Of a DNA stretch of 64,000 bases, positions 56,228 to 64,000 are shown piece after piece (within the stretch, counting starts at the first letter, position 1; each line of letters starts with the position of its first letter). This DNA comes from Macrostomum hystrix. Its lineage: Eukaryota > Animalia > Platyhelminthes. A model generated the notes under the pieces. It searched no databases and had not been told where the DNA came from. It worked only from the letters and a program-made list of their open reading frames with translations. A program made the position numbers and the translations under genes. The stretch spans positions 1,178,001 through 1,242,000 of the forward strand of contig CATNEN010000012.1 of assembly GCA_950097015.1 (NCBI GenBank). Reading direction: 5' to 3'.

Positions 56228-57264
56228 GGTCGGGAACGATAGAAGTGTTTCTCCCTATTTGTCTCTGATTAACAGAAAGCATTCTTTCGCGAATGCTATC
56301 GCTCACTGGCCTGGTATTTTTTGCTACCGTCTAGTACAAACGGATTAGAGGAAGTTACTGCGTAAGCTGTAGCTAAATTGCCCACAATCCAACTTGCTTT
56401 AAATACTCATTGCCAGAAACAAGCTGTGAGCACACAGATATTTCAACCGCTCTTCAACCATTGGATATCGATGGGAGACCCAACAGCAGATTACCGACCT
56501 CAGATACTTTATTGCTCACCTACCATGGCAACAGGAGGAATGTATCCTCTTGCCTCCCTTAATGGGCCGCCTTGTTTATTTTTGTTTGTGTTTCTTTTTG
56601 TCTGTGTTTAAATTTGTTCCCAACTCAAAATTTAGCATAGCAGTTGTGACTATTTTTTCAGGCAAGTAAAAGTCTCTAAGTGCATCAGGCCAAAAATATG
56701 AAGGTAAGCAAGAGGTGCCCATCGAGCATCTCAATGAGTCTCACCATCAGAAACGAGCGAACCACTAACGCGGCACTCCATTGCCTCGCCGACCTGGCCT
56801 GTTCGCCCCATCATTGGCGCCGAGTCCTACTGACCGCAGCCGGAGCAGTATGTGCTGCTACTAACGCTGCAGGCACCCTATGGCAGGCCCGAACTCAGCG
56901 TTTCGTCGACTGTCTGCCGGCGGCACGGCCTTTGTTCGTGCTTAGTAACCCTGCTTGTTACACTTGACAGCGTATTTTGTTGCTGCCGTTGCTTTTGTTG
57001 TGTGTGTGTTCTGCGGACTGTGCGTCAATCCAAGCAGCCACCCCGAGAGGCTCGGCTCTTCCGATGAGAACAAACCCCGCGAGGCCGCTGTCAGAATGAG
57101 CCACAACCACCGCTTCCTGGAGAGGAGCGGTGACTGAATCCTTAGCACTCTTAGCACTCTTAGCCGCCCTGGGCTTTGCCTCCCCTCCGCGACGCAGACG
57201 CGGTGCCGGATAGGAGCCACAGCGAAGGCCGTGAGTCAGGCATGACGCCCGACAGGTGTTGCTA

Positions 57265-57420
57265 CTGTTGTTGTTGTTGTTGTTGTTTTTGTTGTTGTTG
57301 TTGTTGTAGCCGTTACCGTGGCTTAGGCCCTGACGACCTCCTTCAGAGAGACCGGCTTTTTTCGGGCATCGCGCACCATTATGGTCCCGATCCATTATTG
57401 CCTGTGACGATCGGATGCCC
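57265..57420 (-). mobile_element. Probable second LINE/SINE 3' end with (CAA)n tail
   Basis: Long (TTG)n tract on the + strand at 57265-57307 next to unique sequence. Confidence 0.4.
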
Positions 57421-57639
57421 CAGCCACTGGACTAAGCAAACTACACAGTTGCAGCCAGGCTCAGGTGGGCGTCAGTGTCCCGTGTACACCAGACACAGCG
57501 CATGTACACCAGCTGCACTTAGCACAGTAGCGGCAGCGAGGCGGTGCTGTCTACTGGCCGCTGGCTTCTCCAGTTCGACCAGTAATTACAGCGTTCGTGT
57601 CCGAGGCAAAACGCCCTTTCAGCTGACACCTGACTGTTA

Positions 57640-58560
57640 CTTTTGTTGTTGTTGTTGTTTGTTTTCTTGTTTTAAGCACCTTTTGCTGCTGCTACTCATC
57701 CTTAAGCCTAACTTTCTCACTGAACAACCGCCACAGTGACTTGCACTCCTCCGGAATTCGACAGACGTCGCTGAGGCTTGTGATCCTGCGCGCCCGCCTC
57801 TTCTCAAAAGAGTCAGCAGTCTTCGTCCGCTCTTAGTCCGATTCTCATGGTGTGGGCAGTCAGCTCCGGGTGGTGTCCCGTCCTGAACCTCGAGTAGTCG
57901 CGCCGCTCCTCCAGGATTCAGTTCTTTTCCTGCGCCCAGTTTATCGCCTTGTCTCCGTACATCCGTCTCGAGCGGTCGTGTTGCTATTCCATCTTGGACT
58001 CCGCAGTTTACCAGGGTGCCTGCCGTGTCCTGCTTCCGCCTGACTGCCTTCCTATGCCTTCCGGTCTGCTCCCACTTCAGCTCCAAATGTCCACTACTTC
58101 TCCAACTGTTCCCGATTTTCCAGCTCTCGGCAACTGCAGTCAAAACGCTGTGACGGGCTTCCTTCATGTCCGGCCGGCAATGCCGCCTGGCTGTCGCAGA
58201 CGATGGCCTCCGTCGTCCAGTTTGCCTGTGAGTCCAGACATTGGACTGCCAACTGCCGGCTTCCAGCTCGCCTTTGGTCGACGAGCATGCTGGTCCCGCC
58301 GTCTTGCAGCTCACTGTGGGACCTCCACCCCGATTGACTACCGTGCCGGCTCCTCCCTTCCCCTTCTTATTCACGGATCCATCTGTAAAGATCAGCCAGC
58401 CAGGTAGCCATTCCTCTGCTTCATTCCTGCTGTCTTCTGCCTTCTCCTTCCTGGCGCCCAGCTTCTCGATCTTAATAGTGGTTCCGGTCGGCTCCCATGG
58501 TGGTCTCTTCGGTGTCGAGTCATCAGGCTCAGGTCTTGACATCACGTGCTTCTCCACCAT
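57640..58560 (-). mobile_element. 5'-truncated non-LTR retrotransposon (I/Ingi-like) with RNase H and (CAA)n tail
   Basis: WLIFTDGS...GGAG...CSSTKGELEA, CDSQAAL, RFRTGHHPEL..H..RIG; frameshifted; tail at 57640-57665. Confidence 0.78.
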
Positions 58561-58689
58561 TGTTCACACAGCCTCCTCCAGTCTGCCTTCTTCAGCCTGG
58601 TTGAAATAAACCTGGCCTCGATTAGGCCAGATTTGATTCGCGCGTCGTTGTTTTAGTTAGAGTGCCCGAGCCCCAGGGCTCTGTATAAC

Positions 58690-58920
58690 CCTGAAGCAAA
58701 CCTGAAGAAATCCCTGTAACCTTAAGCAAACCCTATAACCTGAAGCAAGCCCTATAACCTGAAGCAAACCCTATAACCTGAAGTAAACCCTATAGCCTGA
58801 AGCAAACCCTATAACCTGAAACAAGCCCTATAACCTGAAACAAGCCCTATAACCTGAAGCAAACTCTATAACCTGAAGCAAACTCTATAACCTGAAGTAA
58901 ACAATATAACCTGAAGCAAA
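58690..58920. repeat. 19-bp minisatellite, about 12 copies
   Basis: Unit taacctgaagcaaacccta. Confidence 0.92.
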
Positions 58921-59997
58921 GTCCTAACTTTGGATAAAAATGTTAGATTGGATTGGCGCCATCGCTTTGATAAATTTGATTCATTTGAAAAGGTATAGGT
59001 AATGTATAAGTACGTCTATATAACACCTGATGATGTCGTTATGCGGTTGCTATCATATGCTAGTTCAGAGTATCCAAAAAACCAATCGCATCCATAGATA
59101 AAATTATATCCTATGGATATTAGAATGAAAAAATATATATGTTCTGTAAACTGCTTAGTATTGACAAAGCTACCGGCCTAAGCCAATCGTTGCAATTATT
59201 TCTATACCCTTCTGTCGTCTCCACTTTTTGTCTCGCTGGATCGTTGCCTTGCCAACTGTCAAAATAAGTATTATACGATGTATTTCAAATGCGCTTTAAT
59301 TTTTTAAATTTCCTAAACCTGGGGTTAGACAATTTAGAGGGTAAAACGCTTTGCTTTCATTATCAATCATATAACCCAGACTATTTTAGCGTGCCCAACA
59401 CAGCTAATGAGCTAATTAAATTTACGAGATACAGTGCGCACATAACGTAATATATTTCATACAGTACACCCGGCATAAAGTAAAATTTTTATGGAAAATT
59501 TAGTACTAAATATTGTAGCTCTAATCGATTTTTGTTGTAGACCGTAGATCAAGGGACGATGAGATTTCTTGAGATATAATAATAATCATATAATCGACTA
59601 CACTTTCTTATGCTATTTATAGGTATTATCACTATGCTACTTAGTGTCACCTTAGCATCCCCTTGTAATCATCTTCCTCACTATAATTCTATAGCCTTCC
59701 TTGCCATGATGCCTTCTTTGCCATGATTCTTAAGCCTTCCTCACCCTGGCTGGGTAGCCTTCCTCGCCATTATTCTTAAGCCTTCCTCACCCTGTTTGTG
59801 TAGCCTTCCTCGCCCTGGTTCTGTAGCCTTCCTTGCCCTGATTCTGTTGCCTTCCTTGCCATGATTCTGTTGCCTTCCTTGCCCTGATTCTGTATCCTTC
59901 CTTTCCCTGGTTCTGTAGCCTTCCTTGCCATGATTCTGTTGCCTTCCTTGCCCTGATTCTGTATCCTTCCTTTCCCTGGTTCTGTAGCCTTCCTTGC

Positions 59998-60284
59998 TGT
60001 CGGAATTATATTCCTCCAATTCTTAGTCTTGCGTTCCTAATGGACTTTTAGTCCCTTCAGCACATTAGTTGCAGCTAACCTTATTTATTGTCTGTGACCT
60101 CATCCATTTGCGTTTACCACTTTTATATCTATGTACAAGACCACCTCTCCGTTACAGGTTCTCTTAGCGTGTAAGCGTGCCCTCAAGCGTGTCCATGTTC
60201 CTTTCTATCTGCCTCACCTTTTGCTTCCACTGCCACTAAATAAACTCCATCCAAACTGCTAATTAGTTTGTTGTCCAAGCGACA
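59998..60284 (+). repeat. 5' LTR
   Basis: Identical by eye to 63459-63745; 5-bp terminal inverted repeat. Confidence 0.96.
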
Positions 60285-60288
60285 AATT

Positions 60289-60299
60289 TGGTAGCAGAG
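60289..60299 (+). promoter_or_regulatory. Primer binding site TGGTAGCAGAG
   Basis: 4 nt after the 5' LTR; complementary to the 3' end of animal initiator tRNA-Met (...CUCUGCUACCA). Confidence 0.85.
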
Positions 60300-60323
60300 C
60301 GTTCACAACTCTTCAAATAATTC

Positions 60324-63278
60324 ATGGTTATCACGCGCTCGATGGATGCCGGCGACACCACCTCCACTTCTGCAACCGCTACTGCTCTGGCGCATACCAT
60401 GCCGCCCACTCCGACCGCTGTTGCTGCCACCGCTGGCACTAGTTCTGGAGCCCCCACTGGTCCAGTTGCTTCTTTAACGCCAACTTTAACGACCGCTACG
60501 ACCTCGCCGGGACCGACTGGGTACCCACAACAACTGGCTGCTACTCCTACTGCGCCGGTCACTGCTGCCACTCTCACCCCGACAACTCCTGGCATCGATG
60601 TCAATGCATTGATCGCCTCTATGACCGCGATGATGCAGCAGAACCAACAGCTAATACAACAGCTCGCTGCCGCAGTCCATCCTACCGCAACAGCGGAGCC
60701 TGCTGCACCGCCCACCTCACAAGCTGGAGATCCAGCTGGGCTCATCCGCTCTACGATCCTCAAGAGCGTCCAACTCCCAACCTTTGACGGTGCGGATCCA
60801 GCTGCATTTCCGAGCTTCTGGGACACCTTCCTCTACCGCGTCGACCGCTCCAGCCTTAACGACGTTGACAAGTTCGAGGCACTCCGAGGTCTCCTCTCCG
60901 GCTCCGCCTTAAGGAAACTGGGCGCCCTCGATGCCTGCCAACCGAACGCCTACGCCGAGGCATGCCGCGTGCTCAAAGCCAACTACGCCGACACGCAAGA
61001 ACAAAAGAACGCCGCATTCCAGCGCCTTCTTGCCCTTCACTGCAGCTCCGCTTCCGACCTTGAGGAGCTCGAGGAGTTTGCAGATGCCCTTCGCCTGGCC
61101 ACCGGCCAACTTCTCCGCCTTGGAGAGCTTGATTGCACACTCAACGGGTACGTCTATGCCCTCTGGAGCCGACTTCCGCCTGACTTTCAGAGCGAGATCC
61201 GCAATGTTCGCGCTTCCAACGGACAGCCTCTCATACCCACCATGGCCGAGCTCCAGGATCATCTGGACCGCAAGCGCAAGACCCTCCGGGCTGCGTCCGC
61301 CACCGTGCCGGCTGTGCCGTACGCATCCGCAGCTCTTTTAGGCGACGCTGCTTGCAGACCGACACCTGCTCGCAGCGAACGACGGCCGACAACAGTTCCA
61401 CGTGCTGAACCTGCTCATCGCACTACTACTACACCACGGCCTACCGCAGTTTCCACTCCTATTGCCGGTCCACAACACTGGAGGTCAAGCAAGAACTGTC
61501 TCTACTGCGACGGCTCCGACCACGTTGCCATGTCCTGCAACAAGGTTCGCAAGCCCGACGACCGCCTTAAGATCGTCAGGCAGAAGAACCTCTGCCGTAA
61601 CTGCCTCCGCCGTCACCACACCAAAGACTGCCGTGACAACCGACGCTGCCGCGAGTGCGAAGCCCCGCACCACACCACGCTCCACGGGGCCACATTCGAG
61701 AGTACCATCACCGAAAATCGCTCACCGAATCCTCGTAACAACGCCCACCTAAACGCCGCTAGAGATGCCGACTCCAAGGAGGCCAACTCCCTTGTCTCTG
61801 CCGCAGCCGATGGAGGCCTCGTTCCCACCATCATGGCCACTCTCCGCGCGAAGGCCGTCAACCCTAAAGATGGCCGCGCCATCGACTGCAACATCCTCAT
61901 CGACACTGGCTGCTCCTATTCTCACCTCGACGGCGCCGTCGCCCGCAAGCTTGGCCTCAAGGCTGCCAGGAAACTCACGATCGCCACCTCCACCTTCCAC
62001 ACCGAATCCAGGCGCCATGTCACCGCGGATCTCGTGAATTTTGACCTCCAGGCTCCAGACGGCCGCCGCTGGCCAATCACCGCCCTCGCCTCCGAACAGC
62101 TGGCAGCTCCAATCTACATGCCTGCTGTCAAACTCCCAAAGGATGTCATTAACACCCTCAAGAGCGTACCCAACGGCGTCTGCAACCTACCGCCCGCTCA
62201 CGACAGGGACGTTTCTCTTGATCTCATCCTCGGCGGCGACGTCAACCAACTACTCATCGGCCCCGCGGTTCCTGCTCTGGCGCTGCGCCCAACGCTCACG
62301 GCCTACCTGACACCATTCGGTGCCATCCTCAACGGCTCCCTAGGCACAACGAACAGCCGCGTCAACGGCCTCCTAGGCTCGTCTCAGGCACTAGTCGCTA
62401 ACACCTATCTCAACGACAACGGACTCCGTCTCGAACAGCTACTCGACAGTATGTCGAATCTCGAGGTTCTCGGCATCGACAAAGGTGCCGGAACGCCCTG
62501 CCTGCAGGATGACGGACCCACTCAGCGACTCCTCGCCTCCTCCACCTGCGACCCCGATGGTCGCATCTTCGTCGATCCGCCGTTCAAGCCCGGTGCCGAG
62601 CTCCTGCCTTCCAATTTCGGCTACACTAGAGCTACACACTCTTCTCGTCAAGATCGAGGCCATCCTCAACTGTCGGCCACTGACCACCGTCTCCAACGAC
62701 CCAGACCCAGCAGATCCGTTGCCGCTGACTCCGGCTCATCTTCTTGGAGTAGGCCCTCACCTGCTCCTTCCAGTCATCGACGACACCTTCCTGCCTGCCG
62801 ACACCTCCACTGCAGACCGCCTCCGAGCTCTTCATCGTCGCTGCGACGCCATCCTCATCGTGTTCTGGAGCCGGTGGAGCCAGGAGTATCTCAAACATCT
62901 CCGCTGTATCCATATTCAGGAGCGGCGTCGCCACCGCCAGCACGCCAGTCAGCTCCACCTGGACCAGGCCTGCCTTCTTGCCGAGCCAACGCCCCGAGGG
63001 ACGTGAAAACTATGCCGTATCCGCCAGCTGCACCCGGATCCCGCTGGCATCCTGCGTTACGTCACCGTTCGCACTGTTTCTGGCCACGAGGTCCGCCGGT
63101 CCGTTGCCCACCTCGTCCCGCTCGAGTGCGACACCGGCGCTGCGCAGCCCACCGCGATGACTGCAGATCCATCCGCCGACTCGCCCGGCGGCTCGACGGT
63201 TGGCTCCACTGCCGGCGGCCTGACTGCCCGCGACCGTCGTGCGCTCCACCGTCAATAGATTCGAGATGGGATCTTTGA
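60324..63278 (+). CDS. BEL/Pao Gag-aspartic protease ORF with out-of-frame tail after the deletion junction (approx. 62630)
   Basis: VQLPTFDG...FPSFWDTF (DUF1759-like), CLYCDGSDHVAMSC/CRNCLRRHHTKDC/CRECEAPHHTTLH, ILIDTGCSYS, DLILGGD. Confidence 0.9.
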   Translation: MVITRSMDAGDTTSTSATATALAHTMPPTPTAVAATAGTSSGAPTGPVASLTPTLTTATTSPGPTGYPQQLAATPTAPVTAATLTPTTPGIDVNALIASMTAMMQQNQQLIQQLAAAVHPTATAEPAAPPTSQAGDPAGLIRSTILKSVQLPTFDGADPAAFPSFWDTFLYRVDRSSLNDVDKFEALRGLLSGSALRKLGALDACQPNAYAEACRVLKANYADTQEQKNAAFQRLLALHCSSASDLEELEEFADALRLATGQLLRLGELDCTLNGYVYALWSRLPPDFQSEIRNVRASNGQPLIPTMAELQDHLDRKRKTLRAASATVPAVPYASAALLGDAACRPTPARSERRPTTVPRAEPAHRTTTTPRPTAVSTPIAGPQHWRSSKNCLYCDGSDHVAMSCNKVRKPDDRLKIVRQKNLCRNCLRRHHTKDCRDNRRCRECEAPHHTTLHGATFESTITENRSPNPRNNAHLNAARDADSKEANSLVSAAADGGLVPTIMATLRAKAVNPKDGRAIDCNILIDTGCSYSHLDGAVARKLGLKAARKLTIATSTFHTESRRHVTADLVNFDLQAPDGRRWPITALASEQLAAPIYMPAVKLPKDVINTLKSVPNGVCNLPPAHDRDVSLDLILGGDVNQLLIGPAVPALALRPTLTAYLTPFGAILNGSLGTTNSRVNGLLGSSQALVANTYLNDNGLRLEQLLDSMSNLEVLGIDKGAGTPCLQDDGPTQRLLASSTCDPDGRIFVDPPFKPGAELLPSNFGYTRATHSSRQDRGHPQLSATDHRLQRPRPSRSVAADSGSSSWSRPSPAPSSHRRHLPACRHLHCRPPPSSSSSLRRHPHRVLEPVEPGVSQTSPLYPYSGAASPPPARQSAPPGPGLPSCRANAPRDVKTMPYPPAAPGSRWHPALRHRSHCFWPRGPPVRCPPRPARVRHRRCAAHRDDCRSIRRLARRLDGWLHCRRPDCPRPSCAPPSIDSRWDL
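62630..63140 (+). pseudogene. Integrase C-terminal remnant with in-frame stop
   Basis: IEAILNCRPLT...PLTPAHLL...FWSRWSQEYL...PRGT*KL...VRRSVAHLVPLE. Confidence 0.88.
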
Positions 63279-63458
63279 CGTGTGACCTGTCTTCTTTTCG
63301 GAAAGCGTTTACATACCTCTTTCGTATACGCTATCGGATAACTCCTTCGCCGACTATCTCGTTCTGTACTAGGTTGCGCCAGTTTGCCAGTTGTTCGCCC
63401 ACAAAATATCAGAATTTATCCTCCAACTTTTTTATTCATTTTTTCGCCCCCCCGAGCC

Positions 63459-63745
63459 TGTCGGAATTATATTCCTCCAATTCTTAGTCTTGCGTTCCTA
63501 ATGGACTTTTAGTCCCTTCAGCACATTAGTTGCAGCTAACCTTATTTATTGTCTGTGACCTCATCCATTTGCGTTTACCACTTTTATATCTATGTACAAG
63601 ACCACCTCTCCGTTACAGGTTCTCTTAGCGTGTAAGCGTGCCCTCAAGCGTGTCCATGTTCCTTTCTATCTGCCTCACCTTTTGCTTCCACTGCCACTAA
63701 ATAAACTCCATCCAAACTGCTAATTAGTTTGTTGTCCAAGCGACA
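63459..63745 (+). repeat. 3' LTR
   Basis: Identical by eye to 59998-60284. Confidence 0.96.
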
Positions 63746-64000
63746 CTTGCCCTGGTTCTGTAGCCTTCCTTGCCCTGATTCTGTATCCTTCCTTGCCATG
63801 ATTCTGTTGCCTTCCTTGCCATGATTCTGTAGCCTTCCTTGCCCTGATTCTGTTGCCTTCCTTGCCATGATTCTGTTGCCTTCCTTGCCCTGATTCTTAA
63901 ACCTTCTTCGCCCTGATTGTGTAGCCTTCCTCGCCCTGATTCTGTAGCCTTCCTCGCCCTGATTCTGTTGCCTTCCTTGCCATGATTCTTAAGCCTTCTT

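Larger units (their letters stand above)
59998..63745 (+). mobile_element. BEL/Pao LTR retrotransposon, internally deleted (RT/RNase H and most of integrase lost)
   Basis: Two 287-bp LTRs TGTCG...CGACA, TSD CTTGC (59993-59997, 63746-63750), PBS, Gag with three Cys/His knuckles, protease DTG, C-terminal integrase remnant. Confidence 0.95.
59680..64000. repeat. About 23-bp pyrimidine-rich minisatellite (59680-59997 and 63746-64000) split by the BEL element
   Basis: Unit ccttccttgcc(c/a)tgattctgt(a/t)g on both flanks. Confidence 0.92.

Overview
Eukaryotic (invertebrate, plausibly flatworm/lophotrochozoan; organism is inferred) genomic DNA. Most of the window is one very large multi-exon gene on the minus strand. 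It starts at a signal-peptide exon at 56227 and runs off the left edge. It encodes a polycystin-1 (PKD1-like/REJ family) receptor with a very long ectodomain: 5 C-type lectin domains, about 15 discoidin/F5-8C/fucolectin-type domains, at least 3 divergent kringles, a LamG domain, a fibrinogen-related domain and an EGF/EB module, followed by a 4.15 kb PKD-repeat exon, REJ and the start of GAIN. The ectodomain appears to be built from a tandemly duplicated multi-domain cassette. A two-exon gene for a small secreted 8-Cys protein is nested antisense in one intron (20387-20793). The introns hold tRNA-derived SINEs, LINE fragments, a solo LTR inserted into a SINE, MITE-like elements and about 13 minisatellites. 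Upstream lies a very recent BEL/Pao LTR element (identical 287-bp LTRs, 5-bp TSD) that keeps Gag-protease but has lost RT/RNase H. Exon boundaries were derived by hand from splice consensus and phase matching; ranges marked approximate are less certain.
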